From the NCBI GenBank assembly GCA_905178155.1, contig CAJINV010000005.1:2048054-2112053 (forward strand): 64,000 nucleotides of DNA, written 5' to 3'. Position 1 is the stretch's first letter; the number at the start of each line of letters is the position of its first letter. This stretch comes from Amoebophrya sp. A120. Taxonomy: Eukaryota > Protista > Dinoflagellata. The position numbers and the translations under genes are program-made. Shown piece after piece: positions 48,582-61,877 of the stretch. The notes under the pieces are model-generated. The model ran no database searches and had not been told where the DNA came from. It was given only the letters and a program-made list of their open reading frames with translations.

Positions 48582-50303
48582 CGTGACGTCTTTTCCCTTG
48601 CACTTGAACACGCCACTGTCCGTAGCAATCGGCTCGAACGTGGCCAGTTCTCGTTGCAGCTCCGGGAGCGATAACGAAGCAAGCACCGGGAACCGGGCGA
48701 CATTGGTTGGATTGTCCAGAAACCGCCGCGCCAGCGCGAATCGATCCTCGCCGTCGTGCTCGTTCCCCTTCTTGTTTTCCTGAGGCGCCGCGGCCGCCTC
48801 CAGCGCGGAGGACGGGAGGGTTGCACCGGATTCGACGATGCCTTCTTTGGAAGCAGCACTTGCTGGCGCTACCCCGTCATCTTCCTTCTCCGTTGTGGAG
48901 CCCGTGTCTGATAGATGTTCAAGATCCGAAGTTTCTTGACGATCTAAAAAATCGGATTTATCTACTTCGATAGAATTAGCATTATGATTATTTACAATTA
49001 CGATAGGATCTCCAGCATTGAAATAAGTCTGTTGTCTCGCTGTAAAACTTTAATGATTCAGATTCACTGGAAACCGACTACACGACGACCAAGCGACCCT
49101 TATCAACTGCAAGTCTGGGTCTGGAAGAATGCCCCTGAATGCATCTTGTGCACGACTACACGGATGCTCGGCTCTGGAAAAATGCACACAAAAGCATTAC
49201 AGATTTTGCGTACACTTCTCACCTCCTATACCGCATGAGAGACCATTCCCGCTTTGCGCAGCACAAAGTGGGCACATCTTAGCGTTCATGCAACACAGAT
49301 TGATCTTTTTGTTCGACCCAAGTTCAGCATAACAAATTGCACTTTTATTCCAGACCCAGTCGTATTTGCAACGCATAACCTTCTACCGGTCGCGAATTCC
49401 AGACCCCCAGCCGTGGTCTTGGACTCCATCTCTACCTCGACAAGGGCCGCAATTATCCCACGACAAAACTGTCTCAGTCCCAAACCTTTGCAGATGCAGA
49501 GGCACGAATATTGCAAATTCGCTCAGCGTGGTCACACACAAAACCTGTGATGCGTCAGACACAAGAGAATAAATTGTAAAACACCTATAAATTATGACTT
49601 CCTTGCATGTAGCCCTCGAGCATGACAAAAGACTGTCTCAAGGAAGTTCCGCATTGCAAGTTGAGACTGAGGCAGTAGTTTTTTCTCGCGATAGAAATTC
49701 TTGAGGTCATTCCACTAGTGCCACCCCTCTCGTCGTCACTCCTCCCACGAGAAGCTGCTGCTGCTGCTATCCGCGCAGCCGGCGACGTGGCTGAAACATT
49801 CTCCTCACGATTGCCAGACGAGCTGTCCGTGGTCCCTCTTCCTCCAGGAGGTCCCGTAGAAGACGTCGACGACCCATCTTCATTTATCATTTCGCTTCTT
49901 GTACCAGAGGAACAACCACTCCCGCCGCTAACCTGCTGGTCGTGGTTCTCCAGCCTCTGCAGAAAAGTCTCCCGTAGCTGCCGGTTCTCTTCAAAAGCGT
50001 AAGGATATCGTTTGCAAAAGTACTATCGCACGGTACTCCTCACTGAAATCCTGCGTGACCACATCAAATCTACTTTCTATACCAAAATCAGCACTACATA
50101 ACTTCCATTTTCCTATGCAATTCACTACAGTCGTAGGAAGATACAAATTTTGCGATGCGTAAAGTCGCTTCCACGTCGATCTTTTCTCGGGCCTTGCTGG
50201 CGATCGCGCGAATTTGCCCCACGATTTCCGCCTGCCTCTCCTTCACCGCGGCAAGGGACTCCAGCATGCGGCGACGCTCCGTAACGTCCGGATCTTCGCC
50301 CAT
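48582..50303 (-). CDS. Hypothetical protein (3' end not resolved)
   Basis: ATG 50303; frame restored across introners 50006, 49454 and 49101; probable GT-AG intron to an exon at ~48943-48582. Confidence 0.55.
49101..49377. mobile_element. Introner family A-like
   Basis: Flanks accct/acctt. Confidence 0.85.
49454..49693. mobile_element. Introner
   Basis: Flanks gcaat/gaaat. Confidence 0.8.
50006..50161. mobile_element. Introner family D-like (diverged)
   Basis: Flanks aagga/aagtc; frame restored. Confidence 0.65.
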
Positions 50304-51029
50304 CTTGCTATGTTAGTTAATCATGCAGTTCTATTGTATTTTCAGTTGTTATTTATCGTACTGTGACCACTTCTTAAACTTCTCAAGACGCCACAACGAC
50401 AAAACAAAGCGTCAACTTCACACCACAATCTTGCTCAACGAAAGAGAAGAAACGAACAAACCACGCGCTGCACAACACCTGCAACGAAACAACATACGTA
50501 TTAATTGCGCTCTTATTCTTGAACCGGTACACCATCGCTTGCTTTCCGTCTGCCACGAATAAACTTGCAGCTCACGCTCAAACTTTCTTTGATTTTTCGT
50601 TCCCTCGCCAGGAGTACGAAAACGCAGTGAGGAACCCAGGCAACAGGAGCCTGAGCTGCGCGTCCCTGGTTACAGATTTTGATGCTCCTGGTACAGAAAA
50701 ATCAAGGCTCCCGTACTGAAACACTGAACGTAATACTTAGAAGCGTCGAAAATCTTTTTTATGCGAAAAATAATTGCGTGCGTGTTGTACACCTGCACTG
50801 TTGACGCAGGGATCTTGTTCAGATTATGCACTGTTTTCACTCGCACGAAGAACGTGCGCAGGGAAAATGAAGATTATGTATCCGGTTGGTCGCTGATAAA
50901 ATCTCAGCTAGTTGTATCGCGGACCGGATTTTGAAGATTCGGTTTACGATTATTTCCGCCTCGGAGCGCCCGCCCGAAACGTCAAATGACCGACTCCCCC
51001 GTGAACAAGAAAGCGAAACGTGTTCTTGT

Positions 51030-54000
51030 CTACAGCAGATTCGCAATGTCGCAGTTCCCGCTGTCTTCTCCGGAGGCTGCTAGCTGGCGCATCTCCGCCA
51101 CGAGCCCGTCGCAGAAGATGAGGTTCTTCTTGTTGCGCCGCAGGAAATCCGCCCCGCATTGCTCAAAGTCGTCGGACTCGGTGAACCGCACGGTATCCCA
51201 AACGTTCTCGTCCAACTGCACGGTCAGAGCCAGCTGTCGCTCCGTCCGCACGTAGGCAGGACCCTGCGCGCCAAAGTATCCGATCGGCGGCGGTGCGCGA
51301 GAAGTACTAGATGACCCGCCGATAGAAGACTGCTGCCCGGGAGAGCTGCCGCCGTGCAGCTGCGCGGCCTCGTACGAGGCTGCCGCGCCGCCCCGGTCGC
51401 CTTCGTGGGCGGCAGCTGCGGGGGAAGTGGAAAAACCACTACTTTTCATCTCCCCGCCGCCTGTTGTGTTCATCGTGTTCTTGTTCCCTGATGCAGAAAT
51501 TGTTCTTATTTCCGGATTTTTTTCTATTCCATACACGCTGGCAAACGGGTCGTAGCTCGTTGCGTCCTGCCTGTCACGCGGCGCTCCAGCGTGAAGAAAA
51601 TCTGGCGGAATAATTTCATCTCCGTGCAGTACTAAGTCCGGCGCAGTAGTTTTCGCGGAAGTTGTGATTGTAGCTTGATGGTTGTATTGTCCTATCGACG
51701 CCGGCCGGGTGGGCGGGAAGAACTGCTCCCTCGGCTCCTCTAACAAAGGGCTTCCGGCAGTGCGGGACACGGGGGACTCGAAGCTGAAGTACGTGTCCGC
51801 GTGCACAATGTGCTGCTGCGACGAAGCCTGCGACCCGATGGTCTGCTGCATGTGGTCGACCACCAGCCTGCCGCTCGGACCAACATCAACTCTCGAACTC
51901 GTATATCAAAAGGAAAAATCCCCCCTCCCCATAAGAAAAACGAAATTTGTGTTGCTGTATTTGAGTACACAAATCGTTGTGTATTGCTAGAAGGCCAAGA
52001 GGCGCAGTTGCTCCCTCGTTTGGAGGCAATTTGTGATGCTATTTCCCGTTTCCAGTTGCTTCCTGTCATGCTGAAGACGCAAGGCGTCCCTGCGCCAGCC
52101 AGCACTACAATCCGCATCTCTTCCCTTCTAGCATCACAAAGCTGATTTGTGAACACAAATCTACATCACAGATTTCCGTTTTGATATGGGGAGGGGGCAT
52201 TTTTCATTGTAATATCGTGTTCCGCATGGTTTCGGTCGTCGGCGGAACTCTCGGCGGCGACCGGTATCAAAATGAAAGATCCCCCCTCCCCATAATAAAG
52301 TCGAAATCTGTGATGCGGGATTTGTGTCCACAAATCAGCTGTGTCTTGCACTAAAGGAATGCAGGCAGATACAAAGCCTGGGCGGGGATGTTCTGGCGTG
52401 GGCTCTTAGCATGACAGAGATCTTCCCTGTAGGTCTAGCAGCATCACAAACCGCCTGGAAAATGCGGCGAAGTCTCTGGATTTGCCTTCTTGCAATACAG
52501 AGACGATTTGTGGCCACAAATCAGCATCACAAATTTTCAGAAGTGTCCCCTTTTGGTATGGGGAGGGGGGATTTTTCCTCACGATAACCGGGGCTTCATG
52601 CTCTGTCCTTGCGCCTGCGGCTGCTTTTCCACCGGCGCGCCCGGGGGCGGTTTTGGCTGCTGGGAGATGAACATCTTCAAGTCTGGCACGTGGCCAGAAA
52701 TGATGGCTGACGGCGTCACCAGCGGCCCCGCGGGAGGAACTACACTCACCGTGGCGCCCAGCGTGTCTACTTGTACTTGGTGATTCAGCGTGTAATTATT
52801 GAGCCCGGCGGACGCGGACCCAATAGCTGGTCGGTCACCACCTGGTTGCAATAAGCCCGAGCCACTAGCGCTCGAGCCGGAGAGGGAGGAAGAAAGGTTG
52901 AATTTCCCGACGAGTCCGCCCCCAAGCGTGGTCCCCGTTCCCACTTTGAACGCCCCGAAACCGGAGGGTTGCCCGTTCCCAAGAGGAAACCGGCTGTCCC
53001 CCGCCCGCCCCACGGTCGCCATTAAGTTGCTAGGCGGCGGATTCGGATTCGTGGAGGAACTTGACGGATAATTATGAGGCCCCCGCAAAAGCTGCTGCTG
53101 CGGCTGCGCCTGCTGCAATCCGGCGCGCGGGGTGCTTTCGCTGACTCCGGCAGAGGACGATGCTGGCGGCCCAAAAAAGCCACCCGGCGGCAACACGTTA
53201 ATCGTGCCACTCAGCAACGAGCCGGCCCCGAAAAAGGGAGCTGCTGGCCCGGCTGCTGCACTTGCACCAGCCGCGCCTGTTGATGTCGGTAACACCGTCA
53301 CCGTGGCGTCCAGTGCAGCTGCTGTCGTGGGCGGATTTTTCGTTCGCTTGAAGTAGTTACTGAACCGCTGCGGCTGATGAGAAGCATCTTGCTTGTGCCC
53401 ACCCGACCCGGCTGCAACCGCCCTTCCCTCCCCATCGGACGATTCGTAGCCCCGCGCGCTCGGGATCCGCCCGAGGGTACCCCCGGATTCCAGGGCGAAC
53501 TGCGTCGGCGGCGAGATTTGCAGTTGAAAATTCGTTGGCGGAACAATGGGTTGCTGCTGCAGTGACGGTCCTGCGGACCTTCTTGTTGCCCCCTCCTGTC
53601 CACCCAACACGGCTACGTTCGACGTGGTGTCCATCGCGGTCGTAGTTGGCGGAATTTGAAACCCGGACTTCTCAAACTCCACCTCCAACGGGTCCTTGTT
53701 CACCGGCGTTGCGGTCCGCGCCGCGGGGGTCAGCGCCGGACTCGAGGACACTACGTCCATCGTCATGCCAAGATCTTTATCCATTGCAAAGACGCGTCAT
53801 GTCAAACCTACATCTGAGTTGCACGTAGAATATCTGTGTTGCGTGAACGCAAAAGTTGCCAACTTCCTTCGTGCGCACGAACTGGCGAACAATTCCTCAC
53901 GCGGGATAGGCATTGGAGAGCTCACCTCGCAAATAAATCTGTGAAGATTCTTGTTGTCGTTGTGTACTACTAGCTACTATCCATTCCAGCCGCCCAACTG

Positions 54001-57000
54001 TAAAAACTGTGAGAAAGATGCATCACGAGGAACAACACGCGCATCCATTATATTTTTCCGAAGAACCCATTTGCAGTGGATAATCTTCGACATGGTCCAC
54101 ATTGATCTCCCCTGGACGCTTCTCCGCGTTCGCCTGCATCGCGTGCGGGTAGATTTCGATCGTTCGGGTCGATAGGGTGTCGAAGTCGTTTGGCTTTTTC
54201 TGGGAAAAAAAATTCTCCCGTTCCAAAAGCAGCTCCTTGGGAATCAAGTCTTCCGTGGACATATCAAAGGCAAAAAATAAGTCTGGGTCTGGAATAAACT
54301 TGTAACGCTGAGCGGCGATCATTGCACATACTCCTGGTCCTGAGTGCAACCAAGCATGACACACTGTTCAGACACTTCCTCATGCGTAGTGCGCATTAGA
54401 AACTGCGTTTTTGCGTGACAAAAGAAGCCTCCTTGTGGTTGATGTTGGTCATGCAATTACACAGGTTTCACAGGAATCCAAGGCACGCAACACTTGTTCC
54501 ACTCTTCCAGACCCAGACATATTTGCAATGGATAGGACAGCTTCAGCTCGCCCTCCTCGGGGATCGACGGCCCCTTGTTCCTACTATTTCCAGCTGCTGC
54601 CCTGTTGTGATTATTGACTACAGCTTGGTGTTGTACCTGATTTCCGTTCTTCATACCCGGCGGTGGCGGCCTTTTCATCGTCCGCGGGTCCGGAACAATC
54701 GCGAAGTCCTTCATCGGCACTTGCTTTCTTGGTCTATTGTTCTCTGGCACAGCTGCAGCTCCTGCCGGTGTATTAGCTCTTCTACTGGTAGTAGCGTCCC
54801 CTTGCTGTGCTGCTGATGTCGGGACGAATGGCTTCGACCTCTCCGCGCTCTTGCCGCTGCGCACACTGGTCGTACTCCCGCCCGAGGAGTGAAGCTGCTG
54901 CTGCCGTTCTTGGTCCTGTCGATTTCAAAGAAAACCGTGAAAAAGTTCAAATTATGCACCGCGAAAGAAATAAACTTCTGGTACTCAACACCAAGAGCTG
55001 TCCGACTCTGTACACGAAGCCGAACTCCACCTCCGACCTGATGACGCGGGATATTAGTGCTTCGGCGAAAATGATGTAATAATTGATGTTCAAAGCAATA
55101 CTATCTACAGTACGCCACCACGTTGGAATTGGACGGTCGCGTATTAGTACATAGCACAAAAAGAAGAAATCTCACCCACCTGCGTTTTTTCTGCGACAGG
55201 CTTTGCCAAAATTTGGTCCATCCAATTCGCCATCCTCTTCGTCTGTGCCTCCTGCATGCGCTGCCGTGCGTCCAGGGGTGCTGCGCTGGGTGGCGACGCG
55301 GATTTCGGCGTTAGCTTGGAAGTTGTAGACGCATGATTATTACCATGTGGGAGCGCGGTGGGCGCTTTAATAGTTTTACGCCCACTTTTCGATGGCACAA
55401 CGGACAACGTTGCACTCGCGCTCGCCATCGACCCGGCTTTCGCTGCGACCGGAGGCTTCGCGGCCGTCGCACGGAGAAGGGGCACCGGCTTGGCGCTTTC
55501 GTGTCCTGTTCCCGCAGCAGACGCTGGTGCGAAAGCGACTCTGCCAGCACTGGCTCCTTTTTGTTGTTCGGACGTCGTGATAATCCGGGTCGTACTTTCC
55601 TGCTCCCTCGTGCCTTCCGGGCGGCCGCTCTCGAGGCTACGTGGAGAGGAGGACTCGAACACAGCTGTACCCCCCGACTTTTGCTGTTCCTGGTGCTTTA
55701 TTTGCGCAGGAGCGTCCTCGTCCACCGGAACCGCCGCTGCTGCTGGCTCTACTCCGACGATGTCGTGGGAGGTCTGTTTTGCGGATGAAGAAGTTGTCGG
55801 TGCTGGCACAACTGTGGTCTTAGACACACGAGGACCAACATCGTCCGCGGGAGGCCCAGGAACTACAGCAGCCCGCCCTCGCTCCGTCTGGACATCGTGG
55901 AAAACGATATTGTCCTGCTTCATGATCGACGTCGCCGCCCCTTTCTCTACGATCGTGGGGGAGTCTGCTTTTTTTTCCTTCGAACTACTGAAGTTCCGCA
56001 GAATAGCAGCGACGTCCACTTCCTGCTCTTCAGCGGGGGACGCAGATGTGGCAACGTCGAAGCTCCTCGGGAGGAGATCTTCCGCAGCGGGTTGCGTTGT
56101 CCTCGCCGCATCTATGGAGCAGGTGGGCGTCTTGTTTCCTACTTCTTCCCCATCCATTGTAGTGGCAGTTGGGAAGTCGTCCGTCCTGCTCGCTCGGAAC
56201 CTGCAATCATTTTGTGGTCCCCGACTGCACATCAAATGAATCTCATCTACCACTCAAACAATTGTAGTCGGTCACTACCATGTCCTCTCAGTAGAATCAT
56301 TATCATTCTTCACGAAAATGAAATCTATCAGACCATACTTACGTGCTGTAAGCTTGCGCGAAGCCGCTTTTCTTCTTTTTCGCTCCACCCTTCGCTGCGG
56401 AGGTTTTCATCTGCAGCGGTATCGCCGCCGGCACACCGACTGAGCTGCTGCTGCTCAGCAGTAGCCCGTCTTCATTCGTTTTCGTCGACATAGCCATCGT
56501 GACTCCGGTAGCACTTCCTCCTGTCGGGCCGCCGTTTTCATTCGCTACCGCAGCAGTAATATTTCCCCCAGTGCTGGTCAGCACAATCTCCTGCTCAGCT
56601 TTCCTATTCACTTCGACCGGTTGATACTGGTGGCTCTCCGCTGTCGTGGTCGGTGCAACTTTGTCATCACAGTGCACGGGTGGAGCGGTCGTCGCTTCCT
56701 CTGCTGCAGCACCAGCCACGACCTTCTGCTGCTTCATCGCTTCCTCTTCTACTTTAACTTTCTTAGATGCACTAGAACCACTACTACTTGCCGCTTCGTC
56801 GTATCCAGCCGCGGCTTCCCGCTCCCCAGCGGCCGCAGTACTTCTCCTCCCGTTCGGTGCAAGGACGACCTGCTCCGCTGCTGCTGCACGACCACTACCT
56901 CCAGACACGATTACGATTCTTGCCCCCTCCGTCTTCGGGCTGTACGCCTCTTCCCCGTGGTAACCCGTCAGCTCGTGCAGGTACTGCTGATCTGGGTCCT

Positions 57001-58668
57001 CCACGAAACTGCTGGTGCCAGCACTCTCGTCGTGACCTTCCCCGGCGGTCCGCCGCACCGAACCGGACGAGGACTCGTCGTGCACCTTCCTGCCAGGACC
57101 GGCACCTGGCGTGGCTTTGTTGCTTTTCTTCGTCGCACCAGATTCATCATGATCATCATCTTGGCACTTTGGCTCATCTCGCTCATCTCCCGCCTTTACA
57201 ACTTGAGCATCTGCCGCGACGGGTGAAAACCCCTGCTCAGCCACCGGCTCCACCCCAGAAAATGTTCCTGCGTCGTTGGCGGTCGACTCCAAAGTCGTGG
57301 CGCCGGCGTCCACGGTGCTCGCATAGTTCGAGTGCTGCTTCTCGTGACCACCTCCTGCCGGGGCAAGAAACTTCGAGGGCGTCCCGTCCTTTTCGACCAC
57401 CGTGACAACGGGATGATCAACACCAGCATCCTGAGCACAAACAGCCAATCCGGGCACCGTGTTGGACAGGGAAGCCGGGGTCTGCGCGCTCGAGGCGCTG
57501 TGCGCGCCGCGCATCGAGGACAGGAGCAGAGCGTCCACAACGCGGATCTGCTTCGTGCGCGGATCGACTTCCACGGTCGGGCTGAACTCGGAGAATGAAT
57601 AACAACCAGGCAGCGGGGAAGGAGGAGCAGGGAATGTTGCATTAGCATTGCCCTCTACAACACCTGGGTCGTGGTCTCCTCCTGCAATAGAGCCAGACCG
57701 CACGGCAAACCGGTACAACTTGCCAACCTGCAATCCCGCGACGGAATACTGCTGCTCTTCAACGTCCGCATTATGCGGCACCTGGAACCGGCGCGACCGC
57801 GGGAGGCTTCTCTTCCCGTGGTCCTGCAGAATGATGTCTTGCTGCACTTCGAAGAAGAAATTTGTATTTTCTCCCCCTTCCACATCCTCCACAAACCAGG
57901 TCAAGCGAACTGCGGTGTAATTCATCTGGTCCGTGAACTCCGCAAAGAAGTCTTCCGGGGCGGGTGGGCAGTAGTTCCGGGACCCACCATCCTCGTCGTG
58001 CGCCGCCCCTACTGCTCCATCACCATCTCCTCGTCCTGGGGCAGGGCTCGTCCTACTAGAAGAAGTTGCAGACATCACCATAAAGTTCTTCGGTCCCTGT
58101 GCAGAAGCAGCCACTTCCGGTTGTTGTTCGAGTGCTGGTCTCGCCGTGTCCTCTGAGACCTCCAGTTCGACCACCTGGCCCTCGTCGTTGATAAACAAAT
58201 TGTCCATCACGGAAAAATCCTTCTTTTCCAGCCTCTCAATCGTGTCATGCAGCAGATTATGCATCGCAAATACGATACTTCTGGATCCTCTGGAGCTGGC
58301 CATTACACCATTTAATAAGATGAACTATGACTTCTATTCAGTGATCATGCCGACAAGTTGGGATCACGATCCAAATCTGATCATACGTGTTCTTGGATCA
58401 TGAGCTCGAAAATATTAACAAGCTCCAAAAATACACGACCTCCGTGCGTGGTGTTTGCAAACAGCTGCGGAATTGGTGTTCCGCGCCGTCCCACCAGACC
58501 AAGACATATTTGCACGCGATACAGCTGCTGCTCCTTCGTCAACACAATACCCTTTTCTTCCAACTGCTCCAGCTCGCTTCTCGCTACCTTCAACTTGTGC
58601 CCCAACACGATCTCCTTCTCCTGCAGGGCAAGCAGGTCGAGCTTTTGGAGAGCCGCGGTCGACAGCAT
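51030..58668 (-). CDS. Large low-complexity protein with N-terminal coiled coil and a fibronectin type III-like domain
   Basis: FN3 pattern VRLTW...FFFEVQ...YSVAGLQVGKLYRFAVRS...FSEFS; frames joined across introners 58258, 54262, 53778, 52265, 51904 and probable GT-AG introns near 56340 and 55180; true start may be slightly upstream (~58854). Confidence 0.65.
51904..52214. mobile_element. Introner family C
   Basis: Flanks tcgta/tcgtg. Confidence 0.92.
52265..52586. mobile_element. Introner family C
   Basis: TSD accgg. Confidence 0.93.
53778..54082. mobile_element. Introner
   Basis: TSD atctt. Confidence 0.88.
54262..54534. mobile_element. Introner family A
   Basis: TSD ggaca. Confidence 0.92.
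58258..58521. mobile_element. Introner
   Basis: Flanks cagat/cagct. Confidence 0.85.
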
Positions 58669-59522
58669 TTTTGATTCTTTATTCCTGGTCCTTCAGTCAA
58701 GATTGGATATCATCTTTTTTACCTATGCATCGTAAAACTGCACGGAGGACACGGAGCTGGTTTAAGTAGGAAGCAGGATAAAAAACCCGAAGTCTAAAAT
58801 ACCAAACCTCCCTTACAGATACTTGCACAGTGGCGGTGCAGCTCCGGTCATCATATCTAGCAACGACTCGCAACCGCTTCAGTACTCTAGCATTACTGCG
58901 CCGGCCAAGAAGAACGCGCTTCCGAGCAGGGGCGAGCAGCGACGAGCAGCTACTCACAAAGGGGGACTTCATCCGCACCGGTGTAGTACGTATCCAGTAC
59001 CATTTTGACCGAGAGCAAGTGGTGAAACCGGAACCACAGGTGCGTTGTCCCTGCTGTGTCGCGACAAAGCACTTCTGATAAAGCTTTTCAAAGATGAAAC
59101 CGAGGGTGTTCGAAAATTCGAAACCAAGAAACTACCCAACAAGGTCGAAACGTCCTTTCGTGATTGTCGGCAACAGTAGAACACGCGGCGTGGGGCCCGT
59201 TATGTGGGCAGTATGATTGTAGCGCCGCACAGCAATGGACTTCTGTATTGTCTTACGTGGAGTATTAGCCGACTCATGAAGTCGTATATAAACTAGTTGA
59301 GAATACGTCGCCTAAACCTACGCATGTTCAACTTCAGCCATACACACCGGCAGCACGACATTTGCTGTCGCTACAGCCATGGGTCGTGGCGTCCTTCGGT
59401 CATATGACGTTTCTGTTTCACTCGCCCCCGCCGTACTTCTTCTACTTGTCGCAGCCGCCGGCAAGTAGGTTCTCGCTGTCTTCTCCTCAAAAAGACACGA
59501 AGACCACGAAAGAACGCACAAG

Positions 59523-61877
59523 CTACCTCCCCACACGTCCCAGCGCCCCGTCGGTCCTCGGATCGGCGGTAAATTGCTGCAGCTTGTTGATGGTCTCGTT
59601 GATTCTCTGTTGAAAATCCCGCATGTTGTGGTTGTGCAGAAACCTCAGAAGCGCGATCGGCGCCTGCAGCTGCCTCTTTTCCTGTGGCATCGAACGCAAA
59701 TACACGTCTGGGTCGGGAAATAGAGCCGTGCATGGAAAGATCTTCATCTTCCCGATTGCATTTGCACGTCGTGTTTGTCACTTTTAGTACTGTCACACAA
59801 AAATCATAATGCGCATAACAGACTTGTCACCTCACTATTCTGAGTTGCATTTGAGGATGCAATTTAGCTGCCCCTGATGTTGTATTTGCGCGGCATATGT
59901 TCCGTCTCCAGCTCAATCCCAATTGGCACGGTTTCTAGTTGCATCTGGTCGCTAATCGCGTATCCCGGAAGAAAAACTGAACTGATGCACCATAGAATGA
60001 AGAAACAAATTATATCTGCCTCGCCACAATACATAGATCGATTTCTCTCATAGCAAGTACACGCTGCTTGGGCTCGCAGAAGTTGCCTGCGCACCACATT
60101 GTAGTACCCTCCTGCATTCATTCATTTTTGCATATTTCAAGCTTTCTTCCTGGCATATGGCGTCAGACATGTTCACGTCCGGCGGGAAATGGCGGTTGTG
60201 CAGCAGAGACTATGCACCTTGCAAACATCGATCTGGCTCACTTGAACTACTTCGTATTTTTCATGCGCTTTTGATTACAGGACCAAACTTTGGTAAGCAG
60301 CCAAGCATGACGAGAAATTCATTTACATCTACATGATGCTGAGGATGACAAGTCAACGTATTGGTATTTGTGCATTGGAAAATGCGAGCCCCATTCGGCA
60401 GTCTGCAGAAAAACAGCTTTGCACGCATGCGAGCAACGCATTTCCTAATTTCACTTGCCATTTTTCCAGAACTACCGGATCGATTTTTATACTTGCAATG
60501 GATAGAGACACCGCTGCGACAATGTCGTCGTCTCCCACGTCGTCGGTAAGTGTAGGGAGCGAGTTGTCAGCAAGAATCTGTAAAAATTTCCCATTGAATT
60601 CTGGTGAAGCAAAACTTGACTGTTCATGAAATGATGTTAGAACCTCAAGGGACCAAAAAAAGGAAAAGTGCTTGTGTCAACACAATAATTTCTTCTTCTC
60701 GCGATCTTTCATTCTTTCATGACAATAGTAGATGACCAGTATGAACATCAGTACTTACCTTGTTCAGCGGCTCGATAAGCTGACAAAGCTCCACCGCTTT
60801 CGCCAATCTGGCAGCGGCGTTCGGATCCGCCTCTTCCGCCGCCGGGAGCTTTATCCTCTTCTCCTCGATCGCGTCTTGATACTCGTCGTGCACGGCCATG
60901 GAGGTGGGCATATCAGGTTGAAAACGAAAACTCAAATGCACTTCCCAGCAGTTGTAGAAGCAAATAAGTACTAGTTCCAGAGGCTCAATCACAAAAGCAG
61001 CATGACGTTCTTTCGAATGGTGCGTATCATCTGTAGCACAGTGTTCTTACTTTTTTAAGCGCGAGATATTGCATAGGAAAAAATCAGTTCGCCTTCGTGA
61101 TGTACTTGCTCAACAATTTTTCCACCTGATACAGCACATCCAGGACCTTGAGCTTGACATCCGGCGGGGCCTTGTCTGAGAGGGAATCGCACAGCGACTC
61201 ATCTAGACCTGTGGTACGTACAGAAGGGTCAACAGAAGTCGCGCTTGTCGTGTGCAGGGGAGTAGAGAGCATCTCCAGTGCCTTGTCCTATGTACAAATC
61301 CCTACTGCAATACAAACTTCTGCAGGCCTAACAACGAACCTACTCTTACCGAGCTCCTTGAGATATTCCTTGGTTGCTCGGTACCACTGCGGCCGCTTGT
61401 TCACCTCCCGCAGGTGATCAGAGAGAAAATTTGTCCACATGTTCTTTATACTAAAACATGCCTGAACAAAATAAGATCTACGTCTACCTTCCTTCATTTC
61501 TTGCAAAATACCTAAGAATACAGTCAAGGGATGCCCGCCATGCCGTGCGAGAATCTGGCAATGTGCGGAATGCAAGAGTGCTGCACATCTGCTGATTTTG
61601 ACTAATTCATTTGAAAATAGATTGATGCAAAAAAATGAAAAACATACGAAATTGGCATTACCAAGCTAGTTGTACAGCAATTACTTGAAAGTTCTCTCTG
61701 ATACATCTTGGCTCGTTCCGCGACGGTGTAGAGCCGCACCTTTTCTTCTTCCAGCCACAACACTATTCGCTGAAAGTCGTCCAGGGTGGGGGAAGCCTGG
61801 GGGCATTTTAGCGTCTTCAGTTTCCGCTCGAGGAACTTGGGCAGCTTACCCGAAAAACTGGAGGACGAGGAGGACAT
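59523..61877 (-). CDS. RTRAF: RNA transcription, translation and transport factor (CGI-99/C14orf166 family; tRNA ligase complex subunit)
   Basis: N-term FLERKLKTL..FQRIVLWLEEEKVRLY, middle LDVLTSMAVHDEYQD and C-term LRFLH..MRDFQQRINETINKLQQFTADPRTDGALGRVGR* match the remembered family pattern. Confidence 0.88.
59688..59897. mobile_element. Introner in RTRAF
   Basis: Flanks tgtgg/tgttc; frame restored. Confidence 0.75.
59961..60157. mobile_element. Introner in RTRAF
   Basis: Flanks tcgcg/tggcg. Confidence 0.82.
60211..60504. mobile_element. Introner in RTRAF
   Basis: TSD gagac. Confidence 0.88.
60911..61131. mobile_element. Introner in RTRAF
   Basis: TIR TATCAGGT(T/G)GAAAA; restores conserved LDVLTSMAV. 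Confidence 0.85.

Noticed and set aside
11782-54534. Recurring peptides such as KMSGSG, FQTQTFLH, CKNVWVWK, QKEKSPLP in many ORFs
   Set aside because: Translations of introner TIRs, not a protein family
55333-58156. Long + strand ORFs overlapping the FN3 gene
   Set aside because: Antisense shadows of GC-rich coding exons
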